From contig JAKSVE010000006.1 in NCBI GenBank assembly GCA_024408295.1, positions 1-42,757 of the forward strand: 42,757 nucleotides of DNA. Direction: 5' to 3'. A program made the translations under genes and the position numbers. Position 1 is the first letter of the stretch, and each line of letters starts with the position of its first letter. Shown one piece after another: positions 1-8,947 of the stretch. The notes beneath the pieces were generated by a model. It had not been told where the DNA came from, did no database searches, and saw only the letters and a list, made by a program, of their open reading frames with translations. Origin of the DNA: Bacilli bacterium. GTDB lineage: Bacteria > Bacillota_I > Bacilli_A > RFN20 > CAG-826.

Positions 1-54
1 ATCTCATAATAAAAACCCCTCCAGTTGGTTGTCCAACTTTTGGGGTTCATATCA
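1..54 (-). mobile_element. Left end of an IS3-family (IS150-like) insertion sequence, truncated by the window edge
   Basis: The minus strand reads TGATATGAACCCCAAAAGTTGGACA (30-54), resembling IS3/IS150-group terminal inverted repeats. It is followed by GGAGG and ATG AGA (start at 7) running off the window, presumably OrfA. Confidence 0.8.
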
Positions 55-82
55 TTTACGCCGGTTTTAATTCGTTTTGCGG

Positions 83-1747
83 TTATTTCTGGAACGCTGC
101 AGCATTGAATGATGACTTCAATGAGCAGGTTCTGTTGAAGATAAGTTCGTCTGAAGTTGATAACTTATCTGTGCAGAAGTATCCGTTTCTGATGAACTGG
201 AAGTGGTCTCCAGGAACTGTGTCTTTGAGGGAGACTTCGATATAGCCTTCCTTAACAACCCAAGAATCCTTGTTCAATCTCTCAAGGAAGCTAAGTCCCT
301 TTGTCTCTTCCGTTTCGTCCCAAATGAGAACATCGAATAAGTTGAACTTTGCTTTCTTTGCAGTTGCCTTATCAACGAAGTGGATTGTTCCATTTGGCTT
401 TCTTCCATCAGATGGGTTATTACCGTACTTTGTTGTTGGGTCATATGTGCAGTGGACAAGGGTGATATTTCCGTTCTCATCCTTTTCAACTGATGTTGCC
501 TTGACGAAATATGCGTTCATGAGGCGGACTTCACAATCAAGTGCAAGCCTCTTCCATTTCTTGTTAGGCTTCACTTCGATGAAGTCTTCCTTCTCGATGA
601 AGATATGCTTTGAGAATGTGATGGTGTGTTTACCGAGTTCTGGGTTTTCAACGTTGTCGAGGACTTCGAGCTCTTCGACTAAGTCTTCTGGGAAGTTGTC
701 GATTACCACCTCGAGTGGTTCGATGACTGCCATAGCACGCTTTGCACTGAGTTTCTGTTCTTCCATTAAGCAAAGGTCGAGCGCGCTTGATTCACAAGTT
801 GAGTTGATTCTTGATAAGCCGGTAGAGAGGATGAATTCCTTGATTGCGTTGGCAGTGAATCCTTTTCTTCTGAGACCTACGAGTGTTGGCATACGTGGAT
901 CGTCGTATCCTGTGACATATCCGCCTTCAACGAGCTGACGGAGATATCTCTTGGACATGATTGTGTTGTTAATGTTTAGACGGCCCCATTCGTACTGATG
1001 TGGAGCTGGTGACATTTCGCAGTTTTCGATAACCCAGTCGTAAAGTGGTCTGTGGTTATCATATTCGATTGAGCAGAGTGAGTGTGTAATTCCTTCGAAT
1101 GCATCCTGAAGAGGGTGTGCAAAGTCATACATTGGGTAAATGCACCACTTGGTTCCTTGTCTATGATGAGCAATATGGATGATTCTATAGAGAACAGGAT
1201 CTCTCATATTGATGTTAGGGCTAGCCATATCAATTTTGGCTCTGAGAGTCTTTTCTCCATCGCCATACTTGCCTTCTCTCATTTCGCTGAAGAGCTTAAG
1301 ATTCTCTTCGACGCTTCTATCTCTCCAAGGTGAGTTCTTTCCTGGTTCGGTGAGAGTGCCACGATATGCTGTTGTCTCTTCTGGAGATAAATCATCAACA
1401 TAAGCAAGACCCTTCTTGATCAATTCGATAGCCTTGTCGTATGTCTTTTCGAAATAGTCTGATCCAAAGAAGACGTTAGCTGGCTTATATCCGAGCCACT
1501 CTAAGTCCTTGATGATTGCATCAACGTATTCAGCGCCTTCGTTTACAGGGTTGGTGTCATCAAATCTTAAGTTTGTCTTGCCGTTAAATGCCATCGCTAA
1601 CTCGAAATCGTTGATGATTGCTCTAGCGTGGCCGATATGTAGGTATGCGTTTGGCTCTGGTGGGAAACGAGTCATGATTGAGCTTACTTTTCCGTCGGCC
1701 AAATCATTTTCCATGATGGTTTTAATGAAGTTATTTATCTCTGCCAT
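83..1747 (-). CDS. glnS: Glutaminyl-tRNA synthetase
   Basis: TRFPPEPNAYLHIGHA (HIGH), RFDDTNP, HSLCSIEY, MSKR, and a C-terminal anticodon-binding region (EVRL, FQFIRNGYF); 554 aa. Confidence 0.97.
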   Translation of the reverse strand: MAEINNFIKTIMENDLADGKVSSIMTRFPPEPNAYLHIGHARAIINDFELAMAFNGKTNLRFDDTNPVNEGAEYVDAIIKDLEWLGYKPANVFFGSDYFEKTYDKAIELIKKGLAYVDDLSPEETTAYRGTLTEPGKNSPWRDRSVEENLKLFSEMREGKYGDGEKTLRAKIDMASPNINMRDPVLYRIIHIAHHRQGTKWCIYPMYDFAHPLQDAFEGITHSLCSIEYDNHRPLYDWVIENCEMSPAPHQYEWGRLNINNTIMSKRYLRQLVEGGYVTGYDDPRMPTLVGLRRKGFTANAIKEFILSTGLSRINSTCESSALDLCLMEEQKLSAKRAMAVIEPLEVVIDNFPEDLVEELEVLDNVENPELGKHTITFSKHIFIEKEDFIEVKPNKKWKRLALDCEVRLMNAYFVKATSVEKDENGNITLVHCTYDPTTKYGNNPSDGRKPNGTIHFVDKATAKKAKFNLFDVLIWDETEETKGLSFLERLNKDSWVVKEGYIEVSLKDTVPGDHFQFIRNGYFCTDKLSTSDELIFNRTCSLKSSFNAAAFQK

Positions 1748-1804
1748 ATATATTCACTCCAATTTTTTCTTAGTGTTTTAAACACGGGCTCTAATTTACC
1801 ACAA

Positions 1805-1829
1805 ATTACTAGTAAATATCACTAGTAAT
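1805..1829. promoter_or_regulatory. 9-bp inverted repeat in the glnS promoter region (possible operator)
   Basis: ATTACTAGT-N7-ACTAGTAAT; each arm contains the palindrome ACTAGT. It lies just upstream of a TGGTAAATT extended -10-like box on the minus strand. Confidence 0.35.
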
Positions 1830-1984
1830 CTTATAAATCTTTTCATTGATCGTTAAATTATCGTTTTTGATCTACAATGAAAAAGGGAAAAAATAGAGAA
1901 TAGAAATCTTTACAATCTGGAAATACCACAGCAAGAAATAACGCAGGAGATGACTTTTGATTTTTATGCGTCTAAAATGTTTGC

Positions 1985-2584
1985 ATGCATAAAACGATTT
2001 TATTTGACTGTGGTAAAGTGTTGATTGGATTCTCGCGTAAGAAGCTTCTGAATGTTTATGTTGGCGAAGATGAAGAATCTAGGGATTTGATTAACGAAGC
2101 CATATTCAAAGATTGGGGTATGCAGGATAAGGGGATGCCAACAAAAGACTATTACGAGTTAGCAAAGTCAAAACTCCCAGAACGCTTGCATCAGTCAGCC
2201 TATAACATCTTATTTCATTGGAAAGAACAGACTTGGCCTCTTCCTGGAATGATGGAAATTGTCCAACGTTTAAAGGAGAAGGGTCATCAATTGATTTTGT
2301 TATCTAACATGCCTGACACATTCTCATACGACCATGATGATATTGATGTTCTTAAGTATTTCGATGATTTGGTTTTTTCCTTTGTTGTTGGCCTTGCAAA
2401 ACCCGACCCTCAGATTTTCGTCTACACACTAAATAAATTTGCAATAAAACCATCGGATTGCTTGTTTGTTGATGATAACCCAGATAATATTTTGAGTGCG
2501 GAGTCAGTTGGTATCGATGGATACTTATTTGACCCCGAAAATACAGCAAAATTTATTGAATTTGCTGAGAAAAACGAATTATAG
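1985..2584 (+). CDS. HAD-superfamily phosphatase/hydrolase
   Basis: FDCGKVL motif I, LLSN motif II, KPDPQIF motif III, FVDD motif IV. Confidence 0.9.
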   Translation: MHKTILFDCGKVLIGFSRKKLLNVYVGEDEESRDLINEAIFKDWGMQDKGMPTKDYYELAKSKLPERLHQSAYNILFHWKEQTWPLPGMMEIVQRLKEKGHQLILLSNMPDTFSYDHDDIDVLKYFDDLVFSFVVGLAKPDPQIFVYTLNKFAIKPSDCLFVDDNPDNILSAESVGIDGYLFDPENTAKFIEFAEKNEL

Positions 2585-2607
2585 AACAAGTTACTTAAAA
2601 AACTTTT

Positions 2608-2622
2608 GCAACCGATAGTTGC
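2608..2622. promoter_or_regulatory. Palindromic candidate operator upstream of the XRE regulator
   Basis: GCAAC-CGATA-GTTGC, with further GTTG/CAAC half-sites at about 2639-2654. Confidence 0.4.
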
Positions 2623-2699
2623 GAACATGAAAACTAGAGTTGGTAGACGCAACTTGGTTATAAATGTTTAGATATCGTTGCGGCAAGGAGGCCGGGACT

Positions 2700-3446
2700 A
2701 TGAATATTAAAACAGCAGACAGATTATGCACACTCAGAAAGGAACACAACCTTTCTCAGGAGGAGTTAGCAGAGAAACTTGGCGTATCACGTCAGGCAGT
2801 CTCTAAATGGGAAAGAAGCGAGGCATCCCCAGACACTGATAATTTAATTGAACTCGCACACATATACGGAATCTCCCTCGATGAACTCATCAACGGAGAT
2901 GAGGCAATCGAGCTTATCAAGGAAAGCAAGGTCGAAGAAGAGGAAGAGATCAAACCTGATTACCGTTACGAAGACGATGGTTATGTCGTTACTATCTATG
3001 GTGATGAGGCCATCTTGGATGACGGCGTTGAGACAAGAAAATATTCAATCAAGGAACATAGAGCTAAAAAGAACAGAATCCACACAGTCAAAGGAATCGT
3101 TGACTCAATCTTTGTTCTTCTTGCGGTGGCAACATTCTTGATTGCAGGATTCCTTACAAATCAATGGGTAAATTTCTATTTCGTCTTTATTTTGATTCCT
3201 GTTGCCGCATCTATTGTTGAGGCAATCTATAGAAGAAGCATGAAGGCATTCGCCTATCCAGTATTGGTTGCAGCAATCTATTGCGCAATCTCGCAGCCTA
3301 CCGGTTTGTGGCATCCATTATGGATCGTGTTCTTAACAATCCCTGTGTATTACGCAATCGCAAATCCGGTCGACAAGAACAGAAAGACCGATGACTTTGA
3401 AGTCATAGACGATGCCTTGGACGAGATGAGATCCAAAAAGAAATAG
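2700..3446 (+). CDS. XRE-family HTH regulator with C-terminal membrane domain
   Basis: LSQEELAEKLGVSRQAVSKWE HTH_3 motif and about 4 hydrophobic segments. Start moved to ATG 2700, downstream of AAGGAGG. Confidence 0.9.
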   Translation: MNIKTADRLCTLRKEHNLSQEELAEKLGVSRQAVSKWERSEASPDTDNLIELAHIYGISLDELINGDEAIELIKESKVEEEEEIKPDYRYEDDGYVVTIYGDEAILDDGVETRKYSIKEHRAKKNRIHTVKGIVDSIFVLLAVATFLIAGFLTNQWVNFYFVFILIPVAASIVEAIYRRSMKAFAYPVLVAAIYCAISQPTGLWHPLWIVFLTIPVYYAIANPVDKNRKTDDFEVIDDALDEMRSKKK

Positions 3447-3456
3447 TGGTATTCAG

Positions 3457-3488
3457 AAATCGCCGTCGCTTGATGGCGATTTTCTTTT
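3457..3488 (+). terminator. Rho-independent terminator
   Basis: AAATCGCCGTC-GCTT-GATGGCGATTT followed by a T-rich tail. Confidence 0.8.
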
Positions 3489-3519
3489 AATATAATTAAA
3501 ATAAACATATAATACGGAT

Positions 3520-4461
3520 ATGCCATTAATCATTATTTCATCATTTATTTTGTTCTTGTTAGTCGCATTCTTTGTAGGGACCTATATAGTCTATAGGATG
3601 GCCTTCTATAACGATATGAAGAACAAAGAAGAAAGATGGGAACCAATGAAGGGTCCTCAGTATAAAAAATTTGAGGATACGTCTAGAGCGATGATCGCCT
3701 CCTCGCGTCAGATTCCTTACGAGGAAGACATTTATATCAAAGCTAAGGACGGAACTAAATTACATGCACGATTGTATAAGTCGATAGTTGATACTGGTGT
3801 TTTCGCTATCGAGTGCCACGGCTACAAAGACCCAGCTGTAAAAGATTTTTGCGGAGGCCTCGAACAATCGTTGAAGATGAACCATAACGTTCTTCTCATC
3901 GACCACCGCGGACATGGCGAAAGCGGTGGCAGAACAATCTCATTCGGAATTAAAGAAAGATATGATGTCATCGATTGGATAAACTACTTAAACAATAGAT
4001 TCAATTCGCCTGACATCTTGCTCTATGGAATCTCCATGGGCGCATCCACTGTCTTGCTTTGCTCAAACATGAATTTGCCTGCAAATGTCATCGGAATCGT
4101 TGCAGATTGCCCATATTCATCTGCGAAAAGAGAAGTTGTTTGGACTGCTAAAAAGATGGGAGTACCTCCAAGTTTAGGATACCCAGCTTTATTCCTTGGG
4201 GCTGCAATCTACGGGCACTTCGATCTAAGAAAAGGCGAAGTTGCAGAAGCGGTTAAAACAAGCTCAAAGAAGATATTGCTAATCCACGGAACAGATGATC
4301 ACACAGTTCCGTTTGAAATGGCTGAAGAAATATATAACGCCAACAAGGACATGATCACATTCGTCCCGGTTGAAGGTGCGCCTCACGGGCTCTCGTGGAT
4401 GGTGGATAATAAAAAGTACCTAGACTCGCTAGATACTTTCCTTAAATCGATTATGCGCTAA
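3520..4461 (+). CDS. Alpha/beta hydrolase with N-terminal membrane anchor
   Basis: CHGY, DHRGHGES, GISMG nucleophile elbow, IHGTDD and a late His (GAPHG). Confidence 0.9.
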   Translation: MPLIIISSFILFLLVAFFVGTYIVYRMAFYNDMKNKEERWEPMKGPQYKKFEDTSRAMIASSRQIPYEEDIYIKAKDGTKLHARLYKSIVDTGVFAIECHGYKDPAVKDFCGGLEQSLKMNHNVLLIDHRGHGESGGRTISFGIKERYDVIDWINYLNNRFNSPDILLYGISMGASTVLLCSNMNLPANVIGIVADCPYSSAKREVVWTAKKMGVPPSLGYPALFLGAAIYGHFDLRKGEVAEAVKTSSKKILLIHGTDDHTVPFEMAEEIYNANKDMITFVPVEGAPHGLSWMVDNKKYLDSLDTFLKSIMR

Positions 4462-4828
4462 ATGTTGCCAAGAAGATGTAAATCGTTATCTCCAAGATTG
4501 GACACATTGCAACCAACAATATTGGTAACCATAACCACATTTTCTTTGCGCCTGCGCGCTTTGCCTTGTTGTTATGGACTATTGCAAATATGAGAGGGAT
4601 TAAACAGAAACCGGAGCATCCTGCTGTGTAATATAATCCGACGACGAATATGATCGATCCTCCGAGTGCAATGCCAAGTGCTGGATCTGTCGCGTCTCCG
4701 CTAGGGTCGTAATTTGCAATGCTTGCTGCCGAATCAATAAGAAATGTAAGAACGTAGAATAATGCGAAAGCACATGCGATTATGCCGATTATTTCAAAAA
4801 TTCTTCCAAAAACTTTAAGAGCTTTCAT
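4451..4828 (-). CDS. Hypothetical membrane protein (3 TM)
   Basis: 125-aa ORF with three hydrophobic segments and AAGGAG upstream. Confidence 0.7.
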   Translation of the reverse strand: MKALKVFGRIFEIIGIIACAFALFYVLTFLIDSAASIANYDPSGDATDPALGIALGGSIIFVVGLYYTAGCSGFCLIPLIFAIVHNNKAKRAGAKKMWLWLPILLVAMCPILEITIYIFLATFSA

Positions 4829-4895
4829 AACTTAGTTGACTCCTTTCGTAAATATCATAAACCTTTTTCGCTCAAGGTGTTATTATATTGCTACT

Positions 4896-4972
4896 GCGCC
4901 CGTAGCTCAGCTGGATAGAGCACTTCCCTCCTAAGGAAGGGGTCAGCCGTTCGAATCGGCTCGGGCGCGCCA
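4896..4972 (+). tRNA. tRNA-Arg(CCT)
   Basis: Cloverleaf; anticodon arm CTTCC-CTCCTAA-GGAAG; A20 and G73 Arg identity elements; encoded CCA; hairpin-T terminator follows. Confidence 0.95.
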
Positions 4973-5054
4973 CCGCTTTGCGGTTTTTCTTTTTGAAACA
5001 TTGACAAAGGCAATACTCGCTAGTATCTTATTCGTGCACTTAAGTGCAGGATTT

Positions 5055-5130
5055 GGGGCATTAGCTCAGTTGGGAGAGCGCCTCCATGGCATGGAGGAGG
5101 TCATCGGTTCGAGCCCGACATGCTCCACCA
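5055..5130 (+). tRNA. tRNA-Ala(GGC)
   Basis: GGGGCAT/ATGCTCC acceptor stem with G3-U70; arm CCTCC-ATGGCAT-GGAGG; CCA. Confidence 0.95.
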
Positions 5131-5228
5131 AACCGCAATCAACCCTTCTATACGAAGGGTTTTCTTTATTTCTTCTTTCATCAAATTGTTGAATTGGAGT
5201 GCTTAAATATTTATATTTATATTGAGAT

Positions 5229-7781
5229 ATGGCAATTTTAAACAACGCTATAAAAGCAGTAAGCAGATTAAACAACAAACAGAAAGCATCCCTTTTATAC
5301 GGAAATGGTAACTGGGAGACTAATTTAGTTAATAATTCGTCTATCGGATCTGTAGTTATGCATGATGGTCCTTGTGGTCTAAGAATTCCTGAAAAGGGGC
5401 TTCCACCTGCAGGATCGTTTGTTCCTAATGGCGATCCTTCCACTTGCTATCCTGCTCCTTGTCTTGTTGCGTGTTCATGGAATCCAGTTGCAGTTGAAAG
5501 GATGACCTCTTCTTATGCATACGAGGCAAGACTCCATGGTACTGATTTAGTCCTTACCCCTGGAGTTAACATTAAGAGAAATCCTTTATGCGGAAGAAAC
5601 TTCGAGTATTTCTCTGAGGACCCTTTGCTCTCAGGCAAAATGGGCGCTGCATATATTAATGGCCTTCAGAAGAATGGCGTTGGAGCTACTATCAAGCATT
5701 TTGCTGCAAATAACCAGGAGTTTTGTAGATGTGTTTGCTCCTCTGAAGTTGATATGAGGGCACTCAACGAAATCTATTTGAAGCCATTCGAAATTGCTAT
5801 TAAAGAATCTGACCCTTGGGCTGTTATGTGCGCATATAACCTGATTAATGGTGTCCCTGCTTCAGATTACACATATTTGACAAAGAATACTCTGCGTGAC
5901 AAATGGGGATATGATGGAGTTCTTATGAGCGACTGGGGCGCAACTTACGATAGCGTTCTCTCTCACGAAAACGGACTCGATCTTCAGATGCCTTGTTTCG
6001 ATAATCATTCATCCAGAATCGCAAAGGCTGTAAAGAGAAATAAGGTATCGCAATACTCGTTGGATAAATCATCTGAGAGAGTTGCGAATATGTATTTCAA
6101 AACCCTTGCAAAGCCTGAATTGAAGCCTTTTGATACCCATGAGGAAGCAAGAATCATGGCAGAAGAATCCATCGTTTTGCTCAAGAATGACAAAATGAGC
6201 AAAACGGGATATAAGTGTGCTTTGCCATTATCTTCATACAAAAACACTTGTGTCATTGGAGCTTTGGCTAATTACGCTGTGTTCCAGGGCGATGGTTCAA
6301 GTAAGGTTACCGTGGCTCATGGTGTAGCAAAATCTTTTTTGGAAGTTATCAACGAAGGAAAGAATGACGCAGAAAAGGTTCCTTATTGTCAGGGTTACTC
6401 ATATTCTTATGAAAAGGACTGCGAATACTTTGGAATCGACAAAGCTGCTCTAATGTCGCACTTTGATAACGACGAGAAGAAGGTTGGAGAATATCTTGAT
6501 GCGAAGTTTATTGCTGAAGCTTCAAATATGGCTTCTGCTCACGACACCATAATCATTTTTCTTGGTCTTCCTCCACTAGAAGAATCAGAAGGTTTTGACA
6601 GGGCTCATATGCTTCTCGATTCACGCCAAATTACTTTATTTAAAACCATTGCTTCATTAAAAAAGTCTGGTTCTGCAAAGAAAATTATTACAGTTGTCTG
6701 TTGTGGATCGCCTGTCGAACTTTCATTTGCAAATATTTCGGATGCTATTTTGCTAACGTATTTGCCTGGCGAAGCTGGATACGAAGCCCTTGATAATATT
6801 GTTTTAGGACGTGTAACGCCATCGGGTAAGCTTGCCGAATCGTGGCCACTCAAAGGAATGGATGTTCCTAGCTATGATTCATTTGGAAAATTCCGTAGAA
6901 GGGCTTTATATAAGGAAAGTATTTTTGTTGGTTATAGATATTATCTTTCAGCAGGCCGTAATGTGTTGTTCCCGTTTGGATACGGCTTAAGTTACACTAC
7001 TTTTGATTATCTTGATGCATCAATATCGGACGATGAGATAAATAAGGGCGATACAATTAAAGTGTCAGTCACTATTAAGAACTCTGGCAAGTATGATGGT
7101 TCAGAAGTCATTCAAGTGTACTCTTCTTTTAACAACGGAGATGTCGAATTAGACCCTGAATATAATGTTATAAGGCCATCCAAGGAATTGAGGGCTTTCT
7201 ACAAGGTCCATTTAAAGAAAGGCCAGAAGAAAAAGGTTACGATCGAGATTCCTGTAGATAATCTTGCGTATTTCGACCCTGTTACCGATTCTTATGTTTT
7301 GGAAGAAGGGAAATATACCCTCTATATTGCGTCCTCATGCGAAAATGTAAAGAAGTCACTAAATGTTATCGTATCATCCGACGATCAAGTTGTTCCTGCG
7401 GATGTTGATAGTGGTTACTTTAAGTTTGCGAAAGCTGGAATTCACATTGTTCCAAATAAGAACTTCTATTCTCACCTGAATCGTCAAGAGCCCGCAAAGG
7501 ATGAACCTAGAAAGTTCACTGTGCATTCTACATTGAACGATATTAGTAAGACGGTCATCGGTTCTATTATCAAAAATGCTTTAACTAATTCGACATATAA
7601 GAATGTTAAAAACGGCAGCCTTACTGAACAAAATGCCGAGAATTATTTGAAGATGGTTCTCAACTCACCTATATTCTTCATGACATGCGGTGGGATGAAA
7701 GAAAAATACGCTTATTGCATTGTGCATATGGCTAACCATAGATGGCTGAGAGGCTTATTTGCTCTCATAATAGGTCATTAG
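5229..7781 (+). CDS. Glycoside hydrolase family 3 (beta-glucosidase-like) with Fn3-like domain
   Basis: DGPCGLR, PGVNIKRNPLCGRNFEYFSEDP, KHFAANNQE, SDWG nucleophile, FPFGYGLSYT. Confidence 0.95.
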   Translation: MAILNNAIKAVSRLNNKQKASLLYGNGNWETNLVNNSSIGSVVMHDGPCGLRIPEKGLPPAGSFVPNGDPSTCYPAPCLVACSWNPVAVERMTSSYAYEARLHGTDLVLTPGVNIKRNPLCGRNFEYFSEDPLLSGKMGAAYINGLQKNGVGATIKHFAANNQEFCRCVCSSEVDMRALNEIYLKPFEIAIKESDPWAVMCAYNLINGVPASDYTYLTKNTLRDKWGYDGVLMSDWGATYDSVLSHENGLDLQMPCFDNHSSRIAKAVKRNKVSQYSLDKSSERVANMYFKTLAKPELKPFDTHEEARIMAEESIVLLKNDKMSKTGYKCALPLSSYKNTCVIGALANYAVFQGDGSSKVTVAHGVAKSFLEVINEGKNDAEKVPYCQGYSYSYEKDCEYFGIDKAALMSHFDNDEKKVGEYLDAKFIAEASNMASAHDTIIIFLGLPPLEESEGFDRAHMLLDSRQITLFKTIASLKKSGSAKKIITVVCCGSPVELSFANISDAILLTYLPGEAGYEALDNIVLGRVTPSGKLAESWPLKGMDVPSYDSFGKFRRRALYKESIFVGYRYYLSAGRNVLFPFGYGLSYTTFDYLDASISDDEINKGDTIKVSVTIKNSGKYDGSEVIQVYSSFNNGDVELDPEYNVIRPSKELRAFYKVHLKKGQKKKVTIEIPVDNLAYFDPVTDSYVLEEGKYTLYIASSCENVKKSLNVIVSSDDQVVPADVDSGYFKFAKAGIHIVPNKNFYSHLNRQEPAKDEPRKFTVHSTLNDISKTVIGSIIKNALTNSTYKNVKNGSLTEQNAENYLKMVLNSPIFFMTCGGMKEKYAYCIVHMANHRWLRGLFALIIGH

Positions 7782-7816
7782 AGGACGATTAATCTTCTAT
7801 TTGAATAAATTTGCAA

Positions 7817-7900
7817 GCGTCGGTGGCGGAATGGTATACGCGTTGGTCTCAGAAGCCAATGGGGCAACCCTTGTGAGTTCGAGTCTCATCCGGCGCACCA
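7817..7900 (+). tRNA. tRNA-Leu(CAG)
   Basis: Arm TTGGT-CTCAGAA-GCCAA, long variable arm, A73, CCA. Confidence 0.95.
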
Positions 7901-8002
7901 ATTGATAATATAGCATCCTCGAAGGGGTGCTTTTTAAATTATATATAAGTAAATTGTCGCAAAATGACCTAAAATCTTTATACTTTAGTATAATAGGTGC
8001 AT

Positions 8003-8079
8003 GCGCCCGTAGCTCAGCTGGATAGAGTACAAGCCCCCGAAGTTTGTTGTCGGCCGTTCGAATCGGTCCGGGCGCGCCA
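8003..8079 (+). tRNA. tRNA-Arg(CCG), atypical anticodon loop (C33)
   Basis: Cloverleaf; arm CAAGC-CCCCGAA-GTTTG; A20 and G73 present; own TATAAT (7989-7994) and terminator. Confidence 0.85.
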
Positions 8080-8188
8080 CATTACCGGTGTAAATACCGG
8101 TTTTGTTTTATCCATTAAAATAATAGAAAACTGTCCATTAATAGACAAAAGCCTTAACAAATTTTGTTCCTTAATATATTATATTGCT

Positions 8189-8722
8189 ATGGCAAAAATT
8201 GATCGTAGGTTCATCAAAAGCGAAAATGAGATCTTAAAAGCCTTTTCTGCTCTTCTAAATAGGTATGAATTGGCCGATATCTCGATTCAGGATCTTGTAG
8301 AGGAAGCTGATATTAATAAGTCGACTTTTTACCTCCATTATTCCAATTTGGGACAGGTTCTCAACACATTGCAAGATAAGCTGATTACTGATGTTTTTGA
8401 AATTTATCAATCTTCTGATGGCGACTTCTGTCTTTTCTTGGTCCGTCTTATCGATGGCATAAAAAAGAGTAGAAAAATCTATAGAACGGTACTCCTCAAT
8501 TCCACTCAATACTTCTTTGAAAATATATATTCGATTTTTTGGGGATCTTATTCTGAGACTGATTTGAAGAACAAACATTTGGATGTTTCAATTTACTCTC
8601 GCATGTCTCTTATTCACTCCCTTTGCAATATTCTTCTTCTTTGGTGCCAGGGAGGATGTGTTTCTTCTAAAGAGGAAGTTATAGAGCGCCTGAACCGAGA
8701 TATTGAACACTATTTAAAATAG
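8189..8722 (+). CDS. TetR/AcrR-family transcriptional regulator
   Basis: DRR...ISIQDLVEEADINKSTFYLHY HTH. True start is ATG 8189; the upstream ORF extension overlaps the tRNA. Confidence 0.9.
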   Translation: MAKIDRRFIKSENEILKAFSALLNRYELADISIQDLVEEADINKSTFYLHYSNLGQVLNTLQDKLITDVFEIYQSSDGDFCLFLVRLIDGIKKSRKIYRTVLLNSTQYFFENIYSIFWGSYSETDLKNKHLDVSIYSRMSLIHSLCNILLLWCQGGCVSSKEEVIERLNRDIEHYLK

Positions 8723-8763
8723 ATATTTCCTTTTATATAGAAATCGTTTTATAATTTCGGAGC

Positions 8764-8850
8764 GCCCGAATGGTGGAATGGTAGACGCGATGGACTCAAA
8801 ATCCATTATCTGATGAGGATGTGCCGGTTCGAGTCCGGCTTCGGGCACCA
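8764..8850 (+). tRNA. tRNA-Leu(CAA)
   Basis: Arm ATGGA-CTCAAAA-TCCAT, long variable arm, CCA, terminator at about 8862-8893. Confidence 0.95.
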
Positions 8851-8947
8851 TAGAATGAAATAGGTCTGGTTATAGCCAGGCCTTTTCTTTTTTCGTGCAA
8901 TACTAAAGTAGTACGCAAATTATTTGTAATAAGGCTGAGAGGTTCTT

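Noticed and set aside
270-938. 222-aa ORF antisense to glnS and other long antisense or alternate-frame ORFs (e.g. 37504-38136, 39290-39811)
   Set aside because: Ser/Thr-rich shadows produced by the codon bias of the real genes; no motifs or initiation signals.
5001-5443. ORFs overlapping tRNA genes (also 14396-14581, 15132-15347, 28679-28954 and the 7997 extension)
   Set aside because: These are translations of tRNA sequence (e.g. AQLGER, AQLVEQ).
83-8722. Possible AGG (Arg to Met) reassignment or TGA=Trp code
   Set aside because: AGG falls at conserved Arg positions (GlnRS KWKRL, TetR DRR, GH3 DMRAL). tRNA-CCT keeps A20 and G73. TGA ends genes (36603 plus, 28855 minus) and Trp is TGG.
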